DNA of 64,000 nucleotides from Paraspadella gotoi (GCA_051294375.1 CM119263.1:9478432-9542431); one strand, 5' to 3'; positions 45,820-61,313 are shown, numbered from the stretch's first letter. The notes: a model not told the origin generated them from the sequence alone. A program made the numbers and translations.

Positions 45820-48800
45820 AACCGCCACGTGAGCGACGCCTTCGCGGATTTATTGCGCATGCGCGGAACCAAGTAGGCATGATGGGGGAAGGGGATTTCG
45901 TTACCGGGTGGGATAAAAAGAGAGCTAATGCATGCCTGCTTAATATTCTTTACTATTTATATTTAAATAATAGCAGAATGTTTATATATATTAATTGTGC
46001 TGAGGTAGTCAGTTGGTTTACAAGTTTAATCCTATATCTTAAACGCATGCGGCGATATTGAACAAAATAGAGTAGAAAATAGACAATTGAAATAACATTT
46101 ATGCGAGCATTGATTTTATTCTTTTCTCATAGCTAAAAATATATGAGTATTAGTTGTAAAACTGAAAATAAATATTCTTACCGAAAAATCCCCTTTCTTT
46201 TCTCCTCCTTTCCGCCTATACCACCACCCCAACTCTTTGTTCCCCCATGATTTTCACGTGATCTTTGGGTGACTCAGTCTCACGACTTGGACGACGACGG
46301 CAGAGTCACTCGGAAGTAACAACCGTCGCCGTTACCCGTCGCGACGAGATTACGAGTAAGGGTGGGCTGAAAAAAATTTAATATTAAATATTAATATTAT
46401 CATTCTTGGCTTTAATTACTCTCAAGGTTTCTCTTCTTTCTTGGCGTTAAGCTAGAAGTAAATGTCAGACTAACTTTCGTTTCTAATTTCAGTTTTCCAT
46501 TCTTCTCACCTGATAAATTCCTATGCAAGTGACTTCTTTCCTAGCCGAATTTATGAGCCATTTGTTTTTATTCCTTTCAGTGGATACGATGAAGTGAGCA
46601 GAGACTTCAAGAGGACGAGTGGAGAACGTCGTCAACGTGGAATAGTGTAGTCTTTTGTTTTTAAATGACTCCATAGTCTTCCATATCGTTTTGTATGTTT
46701 TTGTATCTTATTTTAATTTTTTTTTAATATTTGCCATTTTGAATTTTAATGTTGTTTGTTCGTCTTTTTGCTTGACGAACTCGTTTATTTCTCCAAGCAT
46801 ATAGCTTAATATATTGCCCCGTTGATTTTTATGTAAATTTCGTCTTTAAATATTTGATCAATTAAATTTCAAAGGTGGTGTGTTGTAGAATGTAGATTTA
46901 AATTTAAGCCATTTTTTATCGTAAATGAATAAAATTGTAATTTGTTTAAAAAATTTGCCATTTGAAGCATTTTATTACTTGTCCATAAAAGTTACAATCA
47001 TTGATACAATTGCTCTCTCTAAAAATCGCTGACGCTTGTTGTCAAATATTACCCTGAATCGTTACTTTAAATTAAATATAAAAATTTAATTAATTCAATG
47101 ATTAAATGATGACTACATATCTTCACTTTCTCTTGGTAGAAAAAGCATTAGAATAACTACAAAACGAAAGATCGGCTGAAAATGGGGATATTTAGTTGCA
47201 ATATGCAATCTGTCATGTCGGTCAAATCGTGGCTGTCATATTACATATTCAAACGGCTTCGTACTAGGACTAAGCTCTGACAAAAAAAGTCAGAGGTTTT
47301 TTTTAATATATTCTTTGACCGGCCAATGTAGAATGATGGCAATATTGCTATTTTTAAGTTTCAAAAAAATCCGACCATAAATATAGAAAATATTAACCAA
47401 AATCTTCGGAAAATCCACCCCTTCTTTGGAAGATTTTCGCCATATAGATTTTTTCAGAATCTGACTCCCGGTTGAAAACTTTTAGAATTCCGATCGTTAG
47501 CTCCTCTTTTACTTTTACTTTAAATAAAAATTTCAAACCAAAATGGACTAATTCACTTTAACATGATCGTATCATATTCAAATAACCAAATGAAATGTAA
47601 AGAAAAATTTTGAGAGCCCTTCAGACATATTGCTATCAGATTCCTGAATTCGAAGTTTATTGTAAAATGACAACATACCTTAAATGCGTTGACATTGTTA
47701 TTGAAGTTGAGAAATCCCTTTATTTTATATATATAAAATTGCGTCAAAAATATTTTCCCGGAGCGGACCAGTCCATTTGAATCGAATGGTTCGATGTCAA
47801 AATGATGGTTATTTGTCAAGAGAAAAAATGCGAGCCCTTCAGATGCAACAGGATCGGAATCGAGTGTTTTTACATCTATTTTTTACCTGAATTTTTCCCA
47901 GGGGCGTTGACATTATTTGGTAGCAGATGTTTTGAGACAGAAAAACGCCAGTTGGAAGGAAAGTCTTCCTCGATTTCTAAGAACGACGTAGACTCCTATT
48001 CGTACAGATTTAAAAGCATATAACAAAGGTTCGTAAGCAGATTCTCAGTTAACTCTCGTTGAAATTCTGTAGACAATAGGACTTTTTGCAACAAAATCAA
48101 AAATCTTCGAATCGAAAATGTTCTTATAAATTTAAATTGAACAGTTTTTTAGATCCGAGTAACATAAATTCTTCTCCACAATGAGTTTCATTAAGCCAAT
48201 AGTAATGTAGTAAGCCTGTACCTAGAAACGTATTTTTGTTTTTTCAGATTGCAGCGACCAAAAGAAATACGGAAATTATGTAAAACAAAATTAAACAAGA
48301 GTAATTTTTTTTATAAATCGATACAATTTTCAGAATTATATAATTATAGAATTATATTGGTTGTACCAATTTCATAAGGGTGTTAGAACGATTGAGCCCG
48401 TTCCATAGTAAGGGGCAAGGTAGCTTATTTAATGTATGGATATTTGTAATTTTGGCTTGAGCTGTTTTGGAAAAGTATATTAATATGTGTAACTATGTAC
48501 AACAGTAAGATGCCCCATACCGATGGGCATCACAGGCAATCCGGTTATTGCCATAATAACTTATAACTTGCCGAGTAGGAGGGCCATTACCGGCCTTCTT
48601 TGTTATGGCCTTTCAAAACTGTTTAGTGATCGAACTAGACTGTTGCAGAAAAAAAATAAAAATTAAAGAGGGTGATCTGGATTAAATATGCCGCGTCCGA
48701 CAGATACACATCTTACCCTTGTGCCGTCGAAATTAAGTCTTGATTGGTGCTGCATATAAAAATGATCGACATAATGATAATGATTGGTCCGCATTGTCAC

Positions 48801-49421
48801 TGCAACATAGCTCAATACTCACACAAATGCTCCCCGGAGAATATTCATGCTTATCTAACTTTTTACTTATTTTGGCCATTTTAGTTTTCTGCCATCGTAA
48901 TTTTATTTCCATCGGCCTCGCGTAGAATTTCCAACCGGGGACCGAGACCACATGTGGACACTTTTTTTGTGTGTGTTATTAACGCCCTTGTTGCTTCCGC
49001 GCAAAAGGCACGCGTCTCGTGGCGTCTGCGCCGATGCCAAAGGTCGTCGTCGTCGTCGTCGTCGTCGTCCTCTTGATTTGTCGACGCGACGTCAAGACGC
49101 GAAAAATCTTTTTGCGGTAGAAGCAAAGTAACGCTTTTTTTTTCCACTTCCACTGATATTGATTTCCATCGATTGCCATCGATTGCCATCGATTGCCAGC
49201 TAGTGCCAGAGATTAACACCGGTTTCCGTCGAAAAATCTTTTATCATCTCAAACGTTCCCGATTTTTTTGCTCCCTCTCTTCTCCAACGTCTGTAAGTAC
49301 TAAGTTGAAATACTGTACACATGTTGAAATATGTTAAAATAGTGTACATATTAACGATTAACTTTATTGCATTATTAGTAATTAAACGTTCTATATTTTT
49401 TTATTCAGTATATGTCAAATA

Positions 49422-52400
49422 ATGAATTCGACGGAGTGCAACCTTACCATTCCTGCGGCCGGTAAGAAGTTTTTTTTCGGGAATGTAATGATGATCAATG
49501 ATAACCCTATGATAAATTATTAACTAGAAACTTCTCAAAAATGAAATAAAGATTGATTTTACAATGCTTACAAAGTGGTGCATTAATTACATGCCGTACA
49601 TTTGATCATGTTTTTGCGACCTCAAAAAATTGGTCAAACTCGCTCCTTGCTTTTTATCTGTACATTAGAAGAGAGGCTTTTATTGATAAGATTAGTTTCT
49701 TATCTCTTCTCGACTTCGCTTGACTGATTTTTTCTGCATTAATTTGATGAAGGGGGAAAAGCCTCCGCTATGTTAGCGAAAATATTTTGGAAGGAGATAT
49801 AAACCGAATGAATGAAAATTAAATTATTTAATATTACATATTTTAGTATGTATACTAAAATATACTAAATTATTAAATATACTAAATTATAGCTAGATCA
49901 AGTTAATTGGAAAAATAGCATTTAAAGAAAAACTCAGATAAAAATAGGCAACCCCTTTGTTACTACTGGGTTCCGCGTACAAACGTTGCATTTCGGACAA
50001 AAAACGACTCTTTCCACTATTGTTCAGTTGTTACTTACAATGATGATTAACTTTGTACCACAACACAAAATTAGGCCGAACGAAGGATTGGTTAGAAACA
50101 TCTCCACCCGTTTCTAATGATAAAATAGTACCATTTTGGCAACTTTTAGCCAAAAAAATTATGTCCATTTTTGTCCATTTTTACTTACGACTTCTGATTT
50201 GAATGCCCAAGAAAGTTGAGAAATTTTTTTTACTTTGGAAATCCGTTCTTTCTTATCTTCTTTACCTCTGGGTAAATTTATTAGTATCATTGTATGTTAA
50301 TTTTTAAGCAAAAGATTAAGTTTTAGTCTTAGTCTTTTATCATAATTTGTTAAACAAAAATAAATCAAATTGGTTGAAATTAACAGAAAATATAGCCTAT
50401 TGAATAAGCTTTTAACACCTATAAAATTATCAAAAACTTTTTTGGTTTAGCCACAAATAATTTTTAAAGACGTCTTTTAATTTGTGACTTTTTGTGACTT
50501 GCATTTATTTTTGATAAAGATAATATTTTCAACTCATTTATTAGTTTTAAAAGATGAGGTACATACTGACCTTGATTAATTAAAAAAAACCGCATCCTTT
50601 TAACCCAATGGAAAGCGTCAGGACTCTTTTTTTTCTCAGAATCGACAGATTTTGCGGAAAATTTTTCCGCAAAATCTGTCGATTTACTAAATTTGCTAGG
50701 CAACCAAAATTGAAAGAAAAATCATGCGCTACCGTTCATTTTCTTTCTTATAATGAATCAAAGAATTTTCATTGATTTGATTCAATCTAAATGAAGAAAA
50801 TAAGTGATAAGAAAGAGGAAAGGGAGAACAAGAAGAGGAGTAGGGGAAGATGAGAGAGAATGAGGTGAAAAAAGGAAAAAGAGAAGGCAAAGGGGATAAA
50901 AGTAGAGAGATAAAGATAAGGCGGGAAAGGAGGGGGGAAATTTAAAGAAAAAGAAGGGGAAAGAAAGGGAAGGAGAGAATAAGAGAAAAAAAGATAAGGG
51001 AAATGGAGGAGAACAGGGAAAAGTAGGGGGTAAAAAAATGGAAAGTGAGGTCGTGATATGAAAGGGAGGAAAGATGGTTAGAAAAAATGAAAAGCTGTGA
51101 AGAAGAAAGGTAACGAGAAAGAATAACAGAGAGGATATGAGAAGGAAAAAATGGTAACAGATATTGTGGTGTCTTTTCTGAATAGTTTGCTCTAAATAAA
51201 AGATACAAAAATTATTATAGGGAATTCGATCTTTAAAAGTTTTATGTACCATGAAAATTCATACATACTTTTTTTAAACTAAGGAAGTTAATGAGATTAG
51301 ATTGATAAGCATCGAAGAAATCTTGTCTTACCGTATTTTAACTCATAGAATTTTATCTGGGACGTACTATGTCATCAGAGAAAGATAACTATAGCCTACC
51401 GTTTTTTTAAATGAAGAAAGATTCATACTAGTCAATGAGATCATCAGAGATGAACGTAAATTAAGTTCAGATTCCATTGTCTAAAAGAGTCTGATTGTAG
51501 GCGGAACGCACTTGATAGTACCAGAATTTTAACAAGAAAATGTATATAAATGAAAAGAATCTGGAAAAGTGCCAATTAAATGACAAAGTGAGACGTAAAC
51601 TTCCTAATTAATTTGTCAGTCATGGATTCGTTTACTGAACTGAAAATTTCAGATTCTCGTGCAAAATATGGTCACAGCTGAAAATTTGATTCCATCCACG
51701 CAAAGTGTTGCTTTCTTTGTTTCGATTTTTTTCTCTCTTTTAATATTCAAGGCAAAGCGCGACGAGAGAAGAAGAAAATGAGAATAAATGGCGAAATACC
51801 AAAAAAATGAGTCGCATGTAAAATACGAGAATATTTTTTTTTTTTTTGTTTTTGGTTCTTTTTTTTTACATTTTTCGCAGTATTTCCTTTTCCTGGATTT
51901 ATATTTGTCATCCAACTGTTTGACTTTCCCACGAGACAAAATTTTAAATTTATTAAATGAATGGATAATTTTTATATTGGTTGTACCAATTTCAATTTTC
52001 ATAGGAAGATTTTTCCATTAGGTCTGATTATGGAGAAAACCTTGATTTTTTTCAATTGCACAAATTTTCACCATCAATCCAATTTGGATCAATGTATTTT
52101 CCCAGCTTAATCTCCCTAAAATCTCCGAAGAAAGAAGTACATTCATGTTCCCCGGAGAGGAAAATTCCAGAAAAAAAAGTTGAGAGAATTTAGGAAACTT
52201 AGTTCACAATCGACTCTCCCTCCCCACGTCCTTTTCACCAAAGAGACGTTCGAGGATTCACTCTACGACTTTCTATACGTGAGCTTCGTCTCACTGGGAT
52301 TCGTCACCAACGCCCTCTGCTTTCACGTGATGCAGCGGGATCCGATCAAGACCCTCACCATCTCGGTCTACCTCACCTTTCTCGCCTGCTGCGATTTTCT

Positions 52401-54868
52401 CGTTCAGGTTGGGCAGGGGATGAAAACGAATGCCGGGGAGTGCAGAATTTGCGAAGAGTGAGAGAGACAGATACAGAGACAGAGAGGGGCGAGGAAATTG
52501 ATAAAAGTGAAGGGGAATTGCAGGATGGCGGTGATTAAAAAAAGGGAGAGTAGAAAAATTGACTTTTTTAATTTGCAGCCATGAAACCCGAGGCGACTCC
52601 CGAGTAAAGTTTTTTTTATTCTAATTTTAGAAATTCGATTTCTATCGGAAAACTAATTTAAAAATTTTGAACATCATCGCTAAAAAACATTAGTTAAATC
52701 TGTGAAAGATGTTTCACCTCGTTTCGGAACGTTTAGCCAATTTTCCCTCTCCTAATGTGAGATTAGGGAGTTTTAACTTGTAAACTCATTCGATATTGTT
52801 TCTTCCGGAGAAACACCGTTTTTACGGGTTTCCGAGGTCTATTTTTTATGTAGAAAGAAAAGAAAAAGGAGAGGGAAAGAAAAAGAAAGGCATGCCTTCC
52901 ACACAGGGACTATCTGAACAATCTAACTCGTCCCAACTCGCCCTTCATCCTTCCTCCTTCCTCCTTCCAGGCGTTGGAGCTCTACAACTGGATGTGCTTG
53001 CGCTTCCTCGTGACGGTGCACCACTCGTTCGCCACCTGCCTGCTGCAGATGATGTCCATCAACGGCCTCCTCGCCGCCTCCAATTGGCTCCTCGTCGCCG
53101 TCTCCCTCGATCGCTTTCTCTGCATCACGAGGCCCTTCTACTCCAGGTGCGCCTCCATAGTCTCGTGGAGCATTGTCAATGTTGTTGGTAAAGTGGTTGT
53201 TATTGATGCCGATGATGATGATGATTATCATGACGATAATTATGATGATCATAATGATAACGGTGACGATGACGATTGTGGTTAAGATGAAGACGATGAC
53301 ATTATTATTACTATTATGATGATGATGATGATATGAAGCCAACTAATGCAATACTTTTAAACCGAAATTTAAGCCAAGAACCGATGTTTATTTCACATTC
53401 CAACCAGTCTTTGCACTTAAGCATCAACTTTTAAAGTTAAAAGCGTTCCGGGCGAGAAGACGTAAAACCCGTTTTGTTATTCTCACGCGACAAAAGGGAA
53501 CAACCGCTCGATATACGTGACAAAAACGAGCTGACTTTTAACCAACCGCTGTTTAAAAAAAAAAAGAAAATAAAAAACAAGGCTATTAATCGCGACATAT
53601 GTTATTTCATGTTACATTTCCGATTTGTAAACTGTAGTACCTAAGATAATTACATGACGTACATAGTGAAGAGTGAATAACTTACGTGAAAATTGACGTA
53701 ATTTGCTTGCAATGAACAGCGACATTTTAAAACCAACGAGCCATTGATTAAATCCTCTGCTTAAAAAGCTTTAAAAAATCGCATCCTGCGCTAATTTAAA
53801 CCCATTAATAGAATTTAAAATTTTATAAACAATTTCATCTTTAATTTTCTTTAAAGGCTGCTTTGCACAAAATCCTTTGCGCTCATCGTCAGCGTCGTCG
53901 TCGTCGTCGTTTCTTTCGCATGCAGAGTCACCTTCTTTTGGGCGTTAAAGGTGCGACTTTTTTTAACATTTACTAAAATATAAAAATAAAATAAAAATAA
54001 AACATATCTGGGGGACTGGAGAGCTAGATCAGAGTGCAATCTATCTGTCTGTCCTGGTAAGTGCATAAAAGAAACATGGGTAGAGCACAGTGTATAATGA
54101 GGTGAATACAAAGTCAACGCGTCGTAATCCTGACATCCTGTAAGTGATGTTGAAGAGTGGCTCAGGGAAAATAGCGTAGAAAATGCTCCGTCCAACGATG
54201 CTGGGAAGAAAGGTGAATAAACCTTTGGCTCGGCCCAAACGAATAGAGGAGGAAAAAGGGAGATCTCCTTATCTGTTCGAGGCGGATAACGACTAAGCTT
54301 GGCTAATGGCGCCGTCCTCGAGCATATAATTTTCTTAACGGTGATGACAATTAAATCTTTATTTAAAAATAATTTTCAAGTTTTTAAATTTTTGTTCCCA
54401 TTTTTTTTTTTACATCTGCGGACGAAGACTTTAACGTGTTTGTTTTCTGAGGCGCGTAACGTCAATTTTATTTATTTTTTTTTTATGGCTGTGGAATTTG
54501 TTTCGATCGCTAGTTCAGGCAAAAAAAAGTACGTTGATCTATTTGAGCATTTGAGGACAATTACTTTCTAAAAGTAATGATTTCGTCAGACAGCTCGGCG
54601 CGGTATGTATGTATGCCTTCTGGGGAAAAAATGATTTTCTGACTTTTTATCTTTTAATGCAAAATGCAAATTTATATTTCTATTACTATTAGTATTTTTG
54701 ATAAAAAAATATTTTAAATGAAAAATTAATTATAACATTATATAATTAAAAATCTATTTTCGTGAGGTCTGCAACCCGAACATTTGTATGGGGAGGGACA
54801 ACGTTTTCGGATCCATCGTTCAACCTTTGCTGGAATCGTTGGAGATCACGGGTGAGAAAGACCGTGAA

Positions 54869-54967
<99 letters not shown>

Positions 54968-55123
54968 GAGTGAGAATGAATTAATTAATTATATTAAACG
55001 GATACGGCCTTGACCTTTTAGTCAAGACAAAAAAAAAAGATAAATAAAAAAAAAAAAAAACCAAGGAGAGATGTAGACAATTCAACAACAGCTGTCAATT
55101 CTACATTAACTATTGAATAGAGA

Positions 55124-55154
<31 letters not shown>

Positions 55155-55302
55155 GATAGTAGAGAGAGAGACTGCCAGCAATAATAAGCGACTCTAATCA
55201 AAGAAAAATATCGATAATTAGACATGAGCCATTCTAAATGATAAAACTGCAGCGACAATGACTTTTATGGCGTCGTGAAGGTGTTACAGTTGTATTGAAA
55301 TG

Positions 55303-55352
<50 letters not shown>

Positions 55353-56744
55353 AAATATCTTTCAGAAGATTCGAGTTTCATTATCTTTCATTTAACAGGC
55401 GGAAAATTTTAATTCAGATGAAATGTGTGACGAAATTTCGTGTCTGAACTATCGCAATAATTTTAAATGTTTTTTCCATTTTTTAATAATTTACTACTCG
55501 GGTCAATGAATTAGATTGCAGAATTGCTTTAGTTTTGACATTATTCCGCCTTACTGTATAATGTATATACGGTCATGCTATCTTTCATTCATTCATTCAT
55601 TTAGTTCATTCATTTAATCATTATATCATTCGCTCTTTTTATGATTGATTCTTTCATTCATAAACCTTCTTCAGTGCTGCCCGCGATCCTCATCACTGTT
55701 TTCAACATCTCAATAGGAATCGCCGTCAAAAAAGGAAGTGGCTTCGCCTCTCAGCGCGCGAGTAATATAAATGTCAAAAGCATCAAAGAGAAAATAAATA
55801 TAGAACTGCCTCAATTCTAATGTAGCAGAATAATTCGTGGTTCATTTCAAATGAGATTGAGCTCTTCAATCTCGTTTACATATTGTAGCAGTTTAGACCA
55901 TTTCTCATATCTATTGATACAATTTTCATAATAGTCTTATTTTACGGTTTTAGCAATACTTTTAATAGTTTTTTAATAATGATTTAGGCGGTCCTGGTTG
56001 CACTCGCAACTCGCTGCCCGTCACCGTCGCAACCAAAAGGTCCTCTTCATGTTAGATGACATCGACGTGTTTCGTCGTCCTCTGTCTCCCCAACGCCATC
56101 CTTCACATCGCCTTCGTCACGTGAGTCTCTCGAAAGGGAAACGCCATCGAAATGTCTTGTGATTCACACGGCGTGACATTTTTATTTAAATTCTTTTTTT
56201 TTTAATTCGTTTATCTTTACATTATTTTATTAATTCCTGCCTTCCTGCGGCGGTTGTTTTTATTGTCGTCGTCGTCGTTGTCGTCTTACCGCAATAATTT
56301 TTACACAAGTCTTTTCGTTTCCTCTCCAACTCGCCGATTTTTCCTCCTCCTCCTCCTCCTCCTCACTTCCTTCCCTTCAGCGTGAACAAGGGCGTGCCAC
56401 GCCTCCTCTTCCGCTTCCGTCAAACGGCGCACCTCATGTCCAAACTCAACAACTCCGTCAACTTTTTCGTCTACGTGCTCAGCTCCTCGGATTTTCGAAC
56501 GGAATTTTTCCGCAGTTTCCGTTTCTCGCCGACAGAGGGCGGGAGAGAGGAGAGGAAGGCGTGCCTGGCGAGAAAGGCCCAGGGGGACGGGCGCCCTTCC
56601 CATCGCCCCCACCGCCTTCCCCCTCATCTCCCCGTCCCCCTGGGCCTTTCTCGCCAGGCACGCCTTCCTCTCCTCTCTCCCGCCCTCTGTCGGCGAGGAA
56701 ACGGAAACTGCGGAAAAATTCCGTTCGAAAATCCGAGGAGCTGA
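49422..56744 (+). CDS. Class A GPCR, FMRFamide-receptor-like, paralog 2 (exon 7 frameshifted as assembled; C-terminus runs into the fold-back)
   Basis: Exons 49422-49461 (MNSTECNLTIPAA), 52244-52407, 52971-53146 (DRF), 53857-53950, 54767-54851, 55675-55761, 55988-56120, 56381-56744 (NNSVNFFVY, FRTEF). Clear similarity to paralog 1 (LTISVYL, HSFATC, NGLLA.SNW, QPL.E) with shared intron positions. Exon 55988-56120 has -1 and -2 indels relative to its inverted copy, creating a premature TAG. Confidence 0.82.
50640..50684. repeat. Perfect ~22-bp palindrome
   Basis: aatcgacagattttgcggaaaa-t-ttttccgcaaaatctgtcgatt. Confidence 0.85.
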
Positions 56745-59069
56745 GGACGTAGACGAAAAAGTTGACGGAGTTGTTGAGTTTGGACATGAGGTGCGCCGTT
56801 TGACGGAAGCGGAAGAGGAGGCGTGACACGCCCTTGTTCACGCTGAAGGGAAGGAAGTGAGGAGGAGGAGGAGGAGGAGGAGAAAAAATCGGCGATTGGA
56901 GAGGAAACGAAAAGACTTGTGTAAAAATTATTGCGGTAAGACGACAACGACGACGACGACAATAAAAACAACCGCCGCAGGAAGGCAGGGATTAATAAAA
57001 TAATGTAAAGATAAACGAATAAAAAAAAAAAAATTAAAATAAAAATGTCACGCCGTGTGAATCACAAGACGTTTCGATGGCGTTTCCCTTTCGAGAGACT
57101 CACGTGACGAAGGCGATGTGAAGGATGGCGTTGGGAGAGAGAGAGACGACGAAACACGTCGATGTCATTCCTAACATGAAGAGGACCTTTTGGTTGCGAC
57201 GGTGACGGGCAGCGAGTTGCGAGTTGCAACCAGGACCGCCTAAATCATTATTAAAACCTATTAAAAGTATTGCTAAACCGTAAATAAGACTATTATGAAA
57301 TTGTATCAATAGATATGAGAAAATGGTCTATAACTGCCACAATATGTAAACGAGATGAAGAGCTCAATCTCATTTGAAATGAACCACGAATTATTCTGCT
57401 ACATTAGAAATTGAGGCAGTCTATATTTATTTTCTCTTTGATGCTTTTGACATTTATATTTACTCGCGCGCTGAGAGGCGAAGCCACTTCCTTTTTGACG
57501 GCGATTCCTATTGAGATGTTGAAAACAGTGATGAGGATCGCGGGCAGCACAAGAACGTCTTGAATGAAAGAATCAATCATAAAAAGAGCGAATGATATAA
57601 TGATTCAATGAATGAACTAAATGATGAATGAATGAATGAAAGATAGCATGACCGTATATACATTATACAGTAAGGCGAATAAAGTCAAAACTAAAGCAAT
57701 TCTGCAATCTAATTCATTGACCCGAGTAGTAAATATTAAAAAAAATCTTAAAAGCATAAGGAATTCGAGCCCTACTTTTGATGATAACCAAATATTGATG
57801 CGATGATAACCAAATATTGATGCGATAGATACCAATAATTGACTGCGACGATGATAATACAAATAACTGCATTGTGATTGATAATCAATTGATTGATGCG
57901 ATGATAGTCATTCATGATGTGATGATAATCATTCATGATATTGATGATAATCATTCATTGCATGCGATGATAGTCATTCAATTGACGCTGATGCAGTCAT
58001 TCATCGTAAATAAAACAAACCAAATGCCGTGCATATGAATGAAAGAGAGACGAGAGAGAGAGACGAGAGAGAGAGAGAGAAAGAGTGAGAGAAGGCTGTC
58101 AGTTTCACTCTCGTTTATATAAAGTATAATCAGAAGCTGGACCGCCCTGCCAGAGCTGAAGACTCGTTTTTCGACGTATCTGAGTAGGGACGAACCTCTT
58201 TTCCTTTCCTTTGAATGAAAATTTTACGATTGTTCTTTTTTTTAAGAAAGGAAACCAGACCGAGGTCAAATTCATATTTCGCCATATTTAACTAATTTAT
58301 AAATATATTTATCCCAACTCAAATAATTATATTTTAAAGCAAAAGAATAAAAATGCATAAATATTACTACAGGCTCACAAACAAAATTTACCATTTAATT
58401 CGAAATTATTGTAAAGTATGGTTTCTGCAAAGTTTCTGACATATCTCTCTTCTCACTCCTATTTTATATATAATTTGCCAATAGTGGGCCGACCGGTCCA
58501 AAAGGTTACGTAATAACAAAAACAAAAAAAATTTTTTTGTTAGAAAAGTTATATATGTAATTAAATTAATCCCGCGCAAATTGCCGGACATTAGCAGCTA
58601 TATGTACAGCAGCAAGCTGATGTACATGTGACATTGGCCTGCCATTATAAGTTATTTTTCCTTTTTTCTAAAAGGAATCCAATGAAAATCTCGGATGTTA
58701 AATTTGGGGATTTTGTATTAGAGAAGAAAAAAAAATAAAATGGCGATAATTAAAAGTTTTTAGAAGGAAAAAAAATAATAAGAAAATTTTTCAAAAAACG
58801 AGACGGTCGCTAACATAGAGAGAGAGACACGAGGGAGGACTGAGAGACTGAGAGAACGAGAATCACGTTTAGCTAGTTTTGAAAAAAAAAAAAAAAAAAA
58901 AAAAGTGAACCCTAAAAAATTTTTTTTTGTAAAAAAAAAAAAGGAATGAGAGAGAGAGAGATAGTAGAGAGAGCCGGAACTCGTTTACTCGATTCTCGCG
59001 CAGTCTGACGAGGTTAAAAAAAAGCCGTTTTTGACTAAAAATTATTTTTGCTACAAAAAAAAAGATGAT

Positions 59070-59100
<31 letters not shown>

Positions 59101-61055
59101 TTCAGAGGAGGGAAAGAAAGGGGAAAACGAGAGAAGATAGACTAGAGAGAGAGAGAGAGAGAGAGAGAGTCCAGAGAAGCTCCGGGAAACACGTGTTTAA
59201 ACTCGTTTACAACTTCGTGAAATTAAATTTTTTTTTTGTTTTAAAAAAAAAAAAGAAGAGAAGAAGTGGGACGGAGAGAGAGAGAGAGAGAGAAACGAGC
59301 GCAGAGGGACTCTCAGAGGAAGATCCTTGCTCGTTACCCGTCTTAATGCCACCTGTCTACAATGTGGAATGAAACCCTTCCGCTGCTCATCATATTCCCT
59401 GAACATCTTCGGAAAGCAGAGAGAGAGGAGGAGAGAGAGTGAGAGAGCAGAAAAGTTTTTTTTTTTTTCCCGGCCAAAACGAAGACTATACGCAATATTA
59501 GGCTGGGCCGTCACTCTCTTAGTTTATTTATCGGCCCGTGATCTGGTCTCAAGTTTCGATTTTTTTTTTATACAACCGTAACGCGTTATAGGTCATGTTC
59601 CTCGACCATTGTTTACTACCGTTTGCCCCGCAACTGAGGCCCTACGTCCGGGCGGAACGAGCCCGAAAATCCAGGTGAGAACGTTGATTTTGTGAAGTTA
59701 GTTAAATTCTTCACATTTTCTCAAAAAAATCCCACAGAAAATCTCAGATGTATTATATAATTATATATAATAAAAAAGGAAAGCGCGGAAATAAGGCCGG
59801 ATACATAAAAGTATTTAGAAGGAAAGAAAATAATAAGAAATTTCAAAAAAACGGTGATTGGTTTTTTAAAACAAAGATGAATAATTTTTTTTTGATCTAA
59901 AAAAAAAAAGAGAGAGAGAGAGAGAGAGAGGAAGAGAAGAGAGAGAGAGAGAGAGACGGAGGGATAGGACGGGAAGGGAAGAGAGAGAGAGCGCCTGAAC
60001 TTTCGTTTTTTTTAAAACGATTCAAGAAAAGCCAGCGCCTGATCAAATATATATGTTTTTAGAAAAGAAAAAAATAATCAGAATTTTTCAAAAACCGAAC
60101 GATCACGCAAGAGATCGCACAACAAAAGAGAGAACAGAAAGAGAACTGAACTCGTTAAACATTTCAGAAAAGGCAGCGTCTAAAAAAAATATATATAAAT
60201 TAAAAAATAAATAAAAGAAAGGGCAAAAAAATGTTTACAATGGTTTACAATGAAACTTTGTTCCAATTTTTTTCCAATCGCAGCTTGTAAAAGATTTTAT
60301 TTTATTTGTTATTTTTAAAATAAGATATAGCCTTCTCATTAAAAAAATCCTTTGAGTTTCCATTTTTATTAGCAAATTTCAAATAAAAATTTTTTGAATT
60401 TCAATCTTCCCAATATTAAAGTGAAGAAATTGGAGAGAAAAGAAGAATTTAGTAAATTATCTCCACTAATTTATACTGCAATATGTAAAATTAGCTTAAA
60501 GCATTTCTATATACTAATTTGGATATTTTATAATGAGTCTATAATCCATTTGCATATTGCAGCGTAAATCCATAAGAAGTGGAAATTCAAACAAAAAATA
60601 CTTAATATCAAATGTTATGAAATTATCACAGCTATTTTCAGATGAAAAGCCATATCTAATTTTTAACTACTTATGATCGCACACTTTTTAACCTAAAACT
60701 TTATTCATAATTCATAATAATTTTTATTTTTTAAAAAAAAAACGGTAAGTCACAGCCAACCTATTAAAAGCGTTAGCTAGTTTTTTTATATATGAAAACA
60801 GCGTGACCACGACGACCGACGGAACGACGAGCGTCACAAAGAAGCAACCTAAAACAATTATTAGGAGCCTGACCGGCTTTTCGCCGTGTTCCAAGGCTCG
60901 ATTAAAAATTGGAAAAAACATTTAAAATTATTTGCGATAGTTCAGACACGAAATTTCTGTCAACACATTTTTCAGTCTGAATTTAAAATTTTTCCGCCTG
61001 TTTAAATGAAAGATAATTGAAAACTCGAATCTTCTGAAAGATTATTTTACCTTCT

Positions 61056-61097
<42 letters not shown>

Positions 61098-61260
61098 ATT
61101 TCATTTCAATACAAACTGTAAACACCTTCACGACGCCATAAAGTCTTGTCGCTGCAGTTTTATCATTTAGAATGGCTCTGTTCTAAATTATTCGATAATT
61201 TTTCTTTGATTAGAGTCGCTATATTATTTGCCTGGCAGTCTCTCTCTCTCTACTCTCTCT

Positions 61261-61313
<53 letters not shown>

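Noticed and set aside
55988-56120. Frameshifts in GPCR2 exon 7 as true pseudogenisation or programmed frameshifting
   Set aside because: The -1 and -2 indels fall in short homopolymers and the inverted copy is open, so sequencing error is more likely.
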